Part shown: one piece after another, positions 1-7,895 of the stretch
How positions within the stretch are numbered: the stretch's first letter is position 1
Layout of the letters: each line of letters starts with the position of its first letter
NCBI RefSeq assembly: GCF_947039875.1
Contig: NZ_CAMRAN010000016.1
Location: 3,592-67,591 of the forward strand
Source of the DNA: an uncultured Photobacterium sp.
GTDB lineage: Bacteria > Pseudomonadota > Gammaproteobacteria > Enterobacterales > Vibrionaceae
Direction: 5' to 3'
Length of the DNA stretch: 64,000 bases
Notes under the pieces: generated by a model
Databases searched by the model: none
Told to the model about the DNA's origin: nothing
What the model saw: the letters and a program-made list of their open reading frames with translations, nothing else
Program-made: the position numbers and the translations under genes

Positions 1-512
1 CCTAAATCTAGCGGGCCGAATGAATCAGGTAAGTATTGTTGCAGTGTCATGGGTTCGCGTTGTGGCAGTTGAATCATCATGTCGTTCGCTGATGTTAATT
101 CATTCATAAACTGACGGCAGTGACCACAAGGACTGTAGTTAATAGTGACATCTTTAATGCCCACTTCGCCCTTGATCCATGCATGGCTAATGGCAGATTG
201 TTCAGCATGAATAGTACAAGCCATGCTTGCGTTTTCAAATTCCATATTAGCACCAAAATATAAGCGGCCAGATGTGCCACGTACAATTGCACCAACATAG
301 AAATTAGAAATAGGGACTACAGCATAGGAAGCAGCAAGAGGAAGGAGGGCCAAGCGAAGTTCAGTATCAGTCATGTGCGTTGTTGATAATAAACATTCGA
401 ATTGCTCAGGACTGATCGTTGAGTCGAAATTTGAATCTTCGATAATAGGCTTTAAAGCTGACGCCAATTCAGCAGGTAATAAGCTTAATGCTTTTATAAC
501 ACGTGCGTACAT
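1..512 (-). CDS. cdd: Cytidine deaminase, partial (C-terminus runs off the left edge of the window)
   Basis: The minus-strand reading frame from the ATG at 512 gives [26 protein letters not shown]...[33 protein letters not shown]...[14 protein letters not shown]...[12 protein letters not shown]. The HAE and PCxxC zinc motifs and the layout match two-domain Cdd. It sits downstream of yohJ/yohK as in E. coli. Confidence 0.85.
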   Translation of the reverse strand, partial: MYARVIKALSLLPAELASALKPIIEDSNFDSTISPEQFECLLSTTHMTDTELRLALLPLAASYAVVPISNFYVGAIVRGTSGRLYFGANMEFENASMACTIHAEQSAISHAWIKGEVGIKDVTINYSPCGHCRQFMNELTSANDMMIQLPQREPMTLQQYLPDSFGPLDL

Positions 513-727
513 TGGGTGTTACTCCTTCATTGTTTATGGCAAAACATTCTATGTGAATCACAATGAGTTAGAAGTGATCTTGATCACACTGTTGGTTTTG
601 CCATTACACCTATTACATTACTGAGAGTGGCGTCACACTTGTTTCTGTAACAAAGCATACAACATTTCAATGACTTAGTAAAAATTGACCGTTTTGTATG
701 CTTTGTGCTCAATCGTGCTATTGCTGA

Positions 728-1414
728 TCAAGCATGTCCAAAAATACGTAATAGTAGAGGAAACATCAGTGGGGCTAATAAGGTGGTCATAATGCCGCAA
801 ATAACCAAAGCTAAAGAACTAAATGCACCTTCTTGATAGTTTTCTTCTACGGCTTTTGCTGTACCTAATGCATGTGACACCGTACCAATTGACAAGCCTT
901 TTGCTAGTGGATGTTTCACGCGGAATAATTTCATGATTGGGTAACCTAATACCGCGCCAAATAACCCGACAATAATCACCATTGCAGAGGTAATCGCAGG
1001 AATCCCTCCAATTTGCTGAGAAGCCGCCATTGCAAGAGGGGTAGTGATAGATTTAGGTAAAATACTTGCTGCAAGTTGAGCATCCGCACCCATTGAAAAA
1101 GCAATCGCAGTACCAAAGGTCATTGATAACACGCTACCGACAAAACAAGAGGTTAAAATGGTTTTCCACTTACTGCGAATAAGCCCAATTTGTTGATATA
1201 GCGGGAAAGCTAATGCAACAACCGCAGGACCCAATAAATAGTTAATCACTTCATTTTGTGCAAAATAGGTCTGATAAGGCACTTCCAACCATTTTAAGGC
1301 CAAAATCATAACAATAAGCGTGATTAAAAGAGGGTTGAAAAAAGGATTTTTAATTTTCATTGCTAAATAACGTGCAACATAAAAGCAGACTAAGGTTGCC
1401 ACCAACCAAATCAT
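728..1414 (-). CDS. yohK: LrgB/YohK-family membrane protein
   Basis: The 228-aa polytopic membrane protein contains LGPAVVALAFPLY and SITTPLAMAAS, typical of the LrgB family. Its start overlaps the stop of the upstream LrgA-like gene by 4 nt. Confidence 0.85.
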   Translation of the reverse strand: MIWLVATLVCFYVARYLAMKIKNPFFNPLLITLIVMILALKWLEVPYQTYFAQNEVINYLLGPAVVALAFPLYQQIGLIRSKWKTILTSCFVGSVLSMTFGTAIAFSMGADAQLAASILPKSITTPLAMAASQQIGGIPAITSAMVIIVGLFGAVLGYPIMKLFRVKHPLAKGLSIGTVSHALGTAKAVEENYQEGAFSSLALVICGIMTTLLAPLMFPLLLRIFGHA

Positions 1415-1755
1415 GACTGTTTCTCCTTATGGTGTACCGCTAGGCCAATAACAATTAACACAATAACGGTGCTGCCAAGGGTACTTGCAAAAATGATCGC
1501 TGCGTTATTTTCAATGACACCTAAATAATTCATTAAACCAACACCAACAGGTACAAATAACAATGCCATGTGTTTAATTAATAAATTACAGGTACTTTCA
1601 ACCCACTCTGCACGACAAATGCCAGTGACAAGAGCAATAAAAAGAATAAATAAGCCGATGATACTGCCAGGAACCGGTAATCCAGACCAGTGCTGAATGC
1701 CTTGTCCTAAAAAGAAACAGATCATGACGATAGCAAATGAGCGTATATAATTCAT
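1411..1755 (-). CDS. yohJ: LrgA/CidA/YohJ-family small membrane protein
   Basis: The product has four predicted TM helices (PGSIIGLFILF, LLFVPVGVG). I prefer the internal ATG at 1755 (MNYIRSF...) over the long ORF start at 1794. Confidence 0.8.
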   Translation of the reverse strand: MNYIRSFAIVMICFFLGQGIQHWSGLPVPGSIIGLFILFIALVTGICRAEWVESTCNLLIKHMALLFVPVGVGLMNYLGVIENNAAIIFASTLGSTVIVLIVIGLAVHHKEKQS

Positions 1756-1876
1756 GGGTGGTATGACTCTTAAATATTTCCAATCATCATACAAATAAAC
1801 ATGATAATTGTCACACTAATTAATGGCGGTTAATGAACTATATTGGTTTCTGTTGATAAAACAAGCATTAATGTTG

Positions 1877-2398
1877 CTATATTGTCAAAATGTACCCACC
1901 AAGCAGTAGTGTAAATGTAATGATTATTAAGGTGCAAATAGTTGCGTAATTAGTCTTTATTCCCAAAGGGAACGGTTTTATTGTGTGCTTTTTTGTAATG
2001 TTTGACCATGACGGTGCTTTTTTTAATGCAGGTGTTTCATTACGCACTGCTGCGGTATTGGGTAATGACACGCGAAAGCCATAACTAGGGATAATATAGA
2101 TAGGTATCGCCATTTTGCCATTGCGAAGTAATTTTTTAGACAGTGATAATAATAGAATATTGAGATCATAATGATGATCTCCGCTATCCTCGTATGCATT
2201 GGGGTAGGTGAAGGTATAACGATAGACCGACTCAATACTGACAACTTCTCCCGCAAGATGGCAAAGAGAGGCTAAAAAACGGGATTCGTCATTAGTTAAC
2301 AAAGTTTGTTGATTATCATGCCATCGAAGTAGCCTATCTTCAGGAATAAAATCAATACCTTCAAAGCGATAGCATTTTATTGCCGTTTTCGTTGTCAT
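1877..2398 (-). CDS. ToxR/CadC-like winged-helix regulator with a C-terminal membrane anchor
   Basis: The N-terminus (YRFEGIDFIPEDRLLRWHDNQQTLLTNDESRFLASLCHLAGEVVSIESV...YGFRV) resembles an OmpR/PhoB-type DNA-binding domain. The C-terminus has one TM helix (ATICTLIIITFTLLLGGYILTI). An AGGTGG Shine-Dalgarno (SD) precedes the ATG at 2398. Confidence 0.55.
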   Translation of the reverse strand: MTTKTAIKCYRFEGIDFIPEDRLLRWHDNQQTLLTNDESRFLASLCHLAGEVVSIESVYRYTFTYPNAYEDSGDHHYDLNILLLSLSKKLLRNGKMAIPIYIIPSYGFRVSLPNTAAVRNETPALKKAPSWSNITKKHTIKPFPLGIKTNYATICTLIIITFTLLLGGYILTI

Positions 2399-2563
2399 TA
2401 TCCACCTACTTGTAAGCCCTTCGAACACAACCTCACTCGATAGCATTAAGTGTTGACGGAATTACGATAATCATCAAATAACAGATCTCATTAATAATAA
2501 AAAAGCCCATCACAAGATTCCTGTGATGAGCTTATTGTATTTTTAAATATGTAACACCATGAA

Positions 2564-3985
2564 TTACATCAATTTACTAATATAGTCATATAGTGATTTC
2601 ATGATCTTCATTTTGTGCTCATTTGACTGACAATCGAGCGCTGCTGCTTCAAAGTTCTCCATGTATTTGGTCATGTTCTCTTCAAAGAAATCTTGGCAAT
2701 GATGCTTCCAACGTTGTTGTTCTTGATAGGTGAGTGTTAATGGGTAGTTACGCGCACGATAGCGGAACAACAGCGGTTTAATACGCTCATCTTCAACATT
2801 GATTTCCAATGTAGCCAGTGACTCAACCTCTGTTTCACGAATAATATCCATCGTTGAGCGATCAGCGGTGGAGAAGAAACCATCGTAAAGCATGGTATCA
2901 ACGTTATCACTATTGGCGTATTCACGTTTAACACTGAACATTTCCAGCAATTTAGCCCGTATTTCAGGGTGCTGCTTTAATAACGCCAAATTTTTAAGGC
3001 ATAACTCACGATCAATACCGAGTCGCGCTGCATCTTCTGCTTTTAATGTTTTGGCAGGGGCGAGCACAGGACACTTGTTTAAATGCACTTCTTTAATCGG
3101 GACGGGGAGTTCATCTGGGCCAAGATCGATACGCTTAGTGTATAAACGCTCACGCAGTTGATCGGCATTCATCTCAATCAATGGGGTCGGATCTTGGGCT
3201 AGGTTAACGCAGATCACCGCATTTTTGTTATCAGGATGCCACGCCATCGGCACGATCCAACTGGTATTGCCACATTCAGTGCCAAACATACCCGATACAT
3301 GCACAATCGGGGTTAGATCAACAATATCAATCAGATCTTGTAATTTACGCTTATGACGCAACTCAAACAGGTAATCAAACAGTTTAGGTTGGTTGTGCTT
3401 TAAAATCTTCGCCAGCTCAATCGTGGCGTACACATCAGCCATGGCATCATGGGCATTCGCGTGTTCAATGCCATTGGCGATAGAGAGCTTCTCAAGCTTA
3501 AAGCTCGGACGACCTTCATCATCTGTTGGCCAGTTAATGCCATCAGGACGCAATGCATAACAAGTACGCATGATATCGAGTAAATCCCAACGAGAGTTAC
3601 CGTTTTGCCACGCCCAGCCATAAGGATCATAAAAGTTACGGTATAACGTATAACGGGTCACTTCATCATCAAAGCGCACGTTGTTATAACCAATGACACA
3701 GGTATTTGGCTTTGATAGCTCAGCATGAATTTGCGCAATAAACTCAGGCTCTGATAAACCCTTCTCCATTGCCTCTTGTGGTGTAATACCTGTAATCAAA
3801 CAGGCTTCAGGTGAAGGTAGGTAATCGGCTGGTGGCTTACAATAGATCACCAAAGGCTCACCGATGATGTTCATCTCCATATCGGTACGCACCCCTGCAA
3901 ACTGGCAAGGGCGATCATTTGCTGGACTGGCACCAAAGGTTTCGTAATCAATCCAGTATAAGCTTGGTTCGTTGGTTTTTTTCAT
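2564..3985 (-). CDS. sbcB: Exodeoxyribonuclease I
   Basis: The 473-aa protein begins FYWIDYETFG-type (SLYWIDYETFGASPANDRPCQFAGVRTD) and carries the DEDDh exonuclease motifs (GYNNVRFDDEV, HDAMADVYATI). Confidence 0.95.
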   Translation of the reverse strand: MKKTNEPSLYWIDYETFGASPANDRPCQFAGVRTDMEMNIIGEPLVIYCKPPADYLPSPEACLITGITPQEAMEKGLSEPEFIAQIHAELSKPNTCVIGYNNVRFDDEVTRYTLYRNFYDPYGWAWQNGNSRWDLLDIMRTCYALRPDGINWPTDDEGRPSFKLEKLSIANGIEHANAHDAMADVYATIELAKILKHNQPKLFDYLFELRHKRKLQDLIDIVDLTPIVHVSGMFGTECGNTSWIVPMAWHPDNKNAVICVNLAQDPTPLIEMNADQLRERLYTKRIDLGPDELPVPIKEVHLNKCPVLAPAKTLKAEDAARLGIDRELCLKNLALLKQHPEIRAKLLEMFSVKREYANSDNVDTMLYDGFFSTADRSTMDIIRETEVESLATLEINVEDERIKPLLFRYRARNYPLTLTYQEQQRWKHHCQDFFEENMTKYMENFEAAALDCQSNEHKMKIMKSLYDYISKLM

Positions 3986-4143
3986 AGTTTTCCCAAAAGC
4001 CGTTGGCTCAATATCAAGTTACTGCAATCCATGACACGCTGCATATCAACTTAATATTTTCTTAAAGCAATACGTTATAAAGCTAAGTATCCCGTAACTG
4101 ACCTAATAGAGGCAAGTTTTTAGGGAAAATAAAGCGTCCCCCT

Positions 4144-4216
4144 CGTCATTCTCTACAGTGAATGCCCAACTCCCCGTCATTCCCTACAGTGAATGCCCGC
4201 GAGGGCGATAGGGAAT
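4144..4216. repeat. Tandem 24-bp direct repeat plus an 8-bp inverted repeat at the left junction of the island
   Basis: CGTCATTCTCTACAGTGAATGCCC (4144-4167) recurs as CGTCATTCCCTACAGTGAATGCCC (4175-4198) with one mismatch. ATTCCCTA (4179-4186) pairs with TAGGGAAT (4209-4216). Confidence 0.6.
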
Positions 4217-4261
4217 CTACTATCCGCGTGTTGTAGGGATTATTAGTAGTGGTATCGTTAT

Positions 4262-4917
4262 TGCCGTAAAAGTAAATTCATTATTGAAAAAACGGACTTA
4301 GACCGCATTAAGAGACAACACGTAGGTAAAGCACCAGAAGTAGGAACCCGAGTACCAACGTTTTCAGAACTCAGCATGATTTGGTTGGCTATCGAACGTA
4401 GCCGCGCTAGCTCATCTAATAAAGCGTTGCATCAACTAACCATGTTGTGGGGCAGTGTCTTTCAGAACTGCGCCTTGCTCGTCGTAGCCATTTTGATATG
4501 GAAGCAGGTATATGGACGGTACCGAAAGAGCTCAGTAAAACCAATACGCCAATAAGACGCCCAATTCCCACTAAAGCAAGGGCGATATTAGAGCGGGTAA
4601 TGGCAACTTATGATGATGTGTTGTTCCCTGGTGGTGATCTTGATAAGCCGATAACCATTTCAGCAGCTAACCGTTATATCCGCCGTATAAGAGATGGTTT
4701 ACCCATTGAAGATTGGCGAACTCATGATTTTAGACGTTCGTTATCTACTGGTGCATCAGAACTAGGTGTAATGCCACATGTGGTTGAAAAGATGCTTGGC
4801 CATGAGCTAGGTGGGGTATTAGCTGTTTATAACAAACATGATTGGTTAAAAGACCAGTTAGAAGGGTATGAGCTGTATGCTGAGAAGTTGGATAGTTACT
4901 TTTGTGCTTTCACTTGA
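4262..4917 (+). pseudogene. P4/CP4-57-type tyrosine integrase fragment, lacking its N-terminus and frameshifted
   Basis: One frame from 4262 reads ...VPTFSELSMIWLAIERSRASSSNKALHQLTML. The sequence then continues in another frame from about 4447 as GQCLSELRLARRSHFDMEAGIWTVPKE...HDFRRSLSTGASELG...EKMLGHELGGVLAVYNKHDW, which holds the catalytic R, HxxR and Y region. No N-terminal arm-binding part is present upstream. Confidence 0.8.
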
Positions 4918-5196
4918 GGCGTGGTATCTGTTAAATGTAGCTTCTTTGAGTCAAATATTGTCAGTTTTAATATTTGTACCGGATCGTGGAATCGAATCTT
5001 TGAAGGCTGTGCCAGTAGATTTTACAATCTGTTCCCTTTAGCGGAAACTCCACCTAAAACTTAACTATATTCTAAGCTATTGTGCGGAGAGATAAAGGAG
5101 GAAAACTATGCTTATCATGCGAAATTGTATTTACTTCACGCGAACTTTTTGTCTGTCAAAAGAATTGTTTAAATTAATAGCCCTGTTCATAGAAAT

Positions 5197-5227
5197 AAAC
5201 AAGCGATCCAATTGGTTCGCTTGTTTA
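5197..5227 (-). terminator. Rho-independent terminator candidate for the patatin/small-ORF operon
   Basis: AAACAAGCGATCC-AATT-GGTTCGCTTGTTT forms a 13-bp stem with one mismatch. On the minus strand it is followed by TTTATTTCT, about 25 nt past the stop at 5252. Confidence 0.55.
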
Positions 5228-5251
5228 TCGGGGAAATTTAAACACATTCAA

Positions 5252-5434
5252 TTATTTGTCATTTGGATTTTTTTGCTTGTTTGAAATGTGAATAATTTCT
5301 GGGTTCTCGTCTACTTCAGACTGAACGAGATCAATGATATGATCTAAACCAATCTTTAAGTTTTTGAACTTCTTATTTTTTTTCCTAGGAGCCATTTTAG
5401 GTTTCTCTGTGTGTTGCATTTCTATACATGTCAT
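5252..5434 (-). CDS. Small 60-aa protein coupled to the upstream patatin gene; function unknown
   Basis: A GGGAG SD lies inside the last codons of the upstream gene, 8 nt before the ATG at 5434, and the gap is 5 nt. The N-terminal half is basic (KPKMAPRKKNKKFKNLK) and the centre is acidic (SEVDENPE). Confidence 0.5.
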   Translation of the reverse strand: MTCIEMQHTEKPKMAPRKKNKKFKNLKIGLDHIIDLVQSEVDENPEIIHISNKQKNPNDK

Positions 5435-5439
5435 ACTAG

Positions 5440-7320
5440 TTACTCCCTATTTTGCTTTGTGCCTATCTCTGCTGAAAATTCACTAATTGCTGTAGAAGCG
5501 ATGTAGCAGTACAAAGATAGTATAGAAGCATTGAAGTTATGCTCGTAAAGTGCATTAATCACATCCCTACTATCATCGTATAAAAAGTAATCGTCAAAAT
5601 CAATGGCCAGTACTGCTTTAGGTTTTATATTGTGCTTTGTAATTTCAGAAAAATTTATTAAATGCTCATCCAATTTATTAGTGCTGCCGTGAATAACCCC
5701 TTTCTCATTTAGCTCTCTTATACTAAAGATAGGAATTGTTATGATAACTTTCAATCCTTTCTTTACAAGAGCATTTCGATTAGTACTCATTGATAGAGAA
5801 TCTTTCATATGGCGGGTTAAATGGGTGCCACTTGGAACATAACTTTTATTGAAGTCAGGTAGGTAAATCATTGGTATCCCTGTATTGAGACAAATACCTG
5901 ACGCTCCTTCTAAACTATCAAACTCAAGATAACGATCTAGATCGTTGTCCATATTGTAATGGTAAACGATCTTGCTTGTATTCAGATTATGGTCTACTGA
6001 CGCAATCAAGCAAGCTCTAGAGTTTTCAAGATTGCCAATTATTCCCCCCCCATATTGAATAAATTGTGTTAATACTTTTGAATAAGCTGTAATGAATGAG
6101 TGGCTAATATCCTGTAACCAGTTTCGTGCGCTTCGTTTTGGGAAAAGAGCATAGTTGTCAATTAACGAATCTCGAGTTTGATTGTAGGCATTATTGTAAA
6201 GTTCAAATACATCATTTTCCTTAAGTGAAAATGAGAGGGTTTTTACTGGACCTGTATCAATCTTTATCAGATCCAGTCCTTTAACACTGATATTCTCTAT
6301 AGAACTGGCTCCCCACAGTGCTGTAATTGCTAAATTTTTGAAATATGTTATAGGATTGTCAACATCTTTTCTAATCCGGAGTGATGGAGATAATTTGACA
6401 CCGATTGTATGCTTCAGGTCATCTAGAAGTAGGTGCTTTCTATAGCTCCAAGCTGGAAAATTACTCAGCATCCCACCATCAACGAATTGATAAATATTTC
6501 CATTTATTTCAATTTTTTTACATTTAAAAAATAATGGTATGGAAATACTTGCTAAAATTCCATCTATTACTTTAACGTTCTTAGTTAATTCGTTTTCATG
6601 GGAAAAAATTGTAATTTCACGAGTGCTAATATCAGATGAAATTAGTTTTAAGTGAAGGTTACTTATCTTAAACAATTGATCAAACGTTAGATCTTTGGCC
6701 TTAATAGATGCAGGCGCAGATGTTAAAAGAGGGGAGTCTTGGATTATCGTCTCAAGCCATTTTTCAATAGATTTTGTAGATAACAGCCCAAAACCCCACA
6801 TAACAAATGTTGCCGGTATAATCGTTGGTATGATAATTATCAAGAAAGATACTATTGTTATGGAAGCAAAAGCTGCTCTGAGAAATTTTCTAAGATAAGA
6901 TAACGAAACCTTTTTGCTAAGATTAAAAGCTATTATAGAAATTGAAAAAGTAAGTACTATATACAGTAGGATTTCAAAAGATACAAAATATACCAAAGCA
7001 GAATAAGGTAAAATAAAGATGGTAGCTATCTTTAAAAATAACGTAATATAATCTTTTAGTGAGCTGAAAATTATCGTTTTTAAATTATGTGGAAGTTTAC
7101 CTTTTTTAGTTTTTGGATTATACAAGTCATCTGCACTGTATCCTAACGCTATCATAGTCGCTATGATAGATCCTGCTGATGTGCCTGCTAATTTATCTAC
7201 TCGTAAGTTATATTGTTCTATAGCCTTAAAAGCACCAATATGAGCGATACCCTTAGCGCCACCCCCTTCAAAAACAGCATTACAAAACATTTTTAATATT
7301 AACTTCTTAGTAATATACAA
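5440..7320 (-). CDS. Patatin-like phospholipase with inserted TM helices and a GAF-like C-terminal domain
   Basis: The oxyanion motif FEGGGAKG, the nucleophile elbow AGTSAG (Ser48) and the catalytic Asp motif VDGGMLSNFP are all present. Between the Ser and Asp motifs lie hydrophobic stretches (ATIFILPYSALVYFVSFEILLYIVLTFSISIIAF; ASITIVSFLIIIIPTIIPATFVMWGFGLL). The last ~200 aa show a GAF-like strand pattern (RACLIASVD...IVYHYNM...EGASGICLNTGIPMIY...VIITIPIFS...AVLAIDFDD). An alternative start exists at 7290. Confidence 0.85.
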   Translation of the reverse strand: MYITKKLILKMFCNAVFEGGGAKGIAHIGAFKAIEQYNLRVDKLAGTSAGSIIATMIALGYSADDLYNPKTKKGKLPHNLKTIIFSSLKDYITLFLKIATIFILPYSALVYFVSFEILLYIVLTFSISIIAFNLSKKVSLSYLRKFLRAAFASITIVSFLIIIIPTIIPATFVMWGFGLLSTKSIEKWLETIIQDSPLLTSAPASIKAKDLTFDQLFKISNLHLKLISSDISTREITIFSHENELTKNVKVIDGILASISIPLFFKCKKIEINGNIYQFVDGGMLSNFPAWSYRKHLLLDDLKHTIGVKLSPSLRIRKDVDNPITYFKNLAITALWGASSIENISVKGLDLIKIDTGPVKTLSFSLKENDVFELYNNAYNQTRDSLIDNYALFPKRSARNWLQDISHSFITAYSKVLTQFIQYGGGIIGNLENSRACLIASVDHNLNTSKIVYHYNMDNDLDRYLEFDSLEGASGICLNTGIPMIYLPDFNKSYVPSGTHLTRHMKDSLSMSTNRNALVKKGLKVIITIPIFSIRELNEKGVIHGSTNKLDEHLINFSEITKHNIKPKAVLAIDFDDYFLYDDSRDVINALYEHNFNASILSLYCYIASTAISEFSAEIGTKQNRE

Positions 7321-7495
7321 TAATTCGCTGCATCATACATTGATATGGGATGTGTTGCAAAGGGAGATGGTTTTAGTACAAGTTCAATTTAATACACTGT
7401 TGTGTGTAATTTCAGTCTCAATAATAACTATTTATTATTAAAAGGATTTTTATTAGTGGTAAGCTATTAAAACTTTAGTTTATGGGGCTGATACG

Positions 7496-7705
7496 ATGGG
7501 TAATTATAGTATTACTTATGCGATTTATAATCCTAGGTGGGTATATGGAGTCGATGAAAAACTTTTAAAAATAGGTTCTTCTGAAATTGCACCTGAAGAT
7601 TATGAGCAATACATGCATGGTTCGATATTTTGTCCTAAGTGTTTTACTCCCTTATCAAGGAACCCATCGAAAAAGAATATATCAAAAAATGCTAAAACAA
7701 CATAA
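7496..7705 (+). CDS. 69-aa ORF with a CPxC element, possibly the N-terminal stub of a truncated gene
   Basis: MGNYSITYAIYNPRWVYGVDEKLLKIG...IFCPKCFTPLSR ends about 60 nt before the integrase 3' remnant. The SD is weak. Confidence 0.3.
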   Translation: MGNYSITYAIYNPRWVYGVDEKLLKIGSSEIAPEDYEQYMHGSIFCPKCFTPLSRNPSKKNISKNAKTT

Positions 7706-7767
7706 TACATCTGTTGGAATTTAGACACTTTGCTTTATGCGGGTTTTTCATTGCCAGGAAAACAAGT

Positions 7768-7808
7768 CAGTTAGAAGGGTATGAGTTGTATGCTGAGAAG
7801 CTGGATAG
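7768..7808 (+). repeat. Second copy of the integrase 3' end (a remnant of another integrase gene)
   Basis: Positions 7768-7808 match 4855-4895 at 39 of 41 bp. They read QLEGYELYAEKLDS then a stop soon after. Both differences are synonymous Leu codon changes (CTG/TTG). Confidence 0.75.
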
Positions 7809-7895
7809 CAATATAAAATAGATTTATCATTGATTGGATATGTAATTTATTTGGTATAAAATTGGTTTTAATTAAATATTACAAGTGGTTAAAAG

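Noticed and set aside
104-298. 64-aa ORF on the minus strand near the left edge.
   Set aside because: It lies inside the cytidine deaminase gene but in a different frame from the clearly recognisable Cdd translation, so it is a shadow ORF.
1598-1783. This is a 61-aa ORF overlapping yohJ. Similar alternative-frame or antisense ORFs lie inside sbcB (2737..2934, 2892..3161, 3400..3630), fadB (16191..16457), the fadB-fadA junction (17930..18223), fadA (18536..18766), letB, the ABC exporter, prc, pepN, rlmL, uup and fabA.
   Set aside because: All are embedded in genes with strong homology-type signatures in another frame or strand. They have odd compositions (Cys/Ser/His-rich) and no start context.
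3986-4262. Search for a tRNA or tmRNA gene as the integration target of the P4-type integrase.
   Set aside because: I could recognise no cloverleaf-compatible sequence, such as a GTTCGAATC-like T-loop with acceptor-stem complementarity. The interval holds only the sbcB promoter region and the 24-bp repeats.
5108-5284. 58-codon plus-strand ORF preceded by a strong AAGGAGG Shine-Dalgarno sequence.
   Set aside because: The frame runs through the terminator hairpin of the opposite-strand operon (5197-5227) and into the end of the 60-aa gene. The product is low-complexity hydrophobic. It is probably fortuitous, though expression is not excluded.
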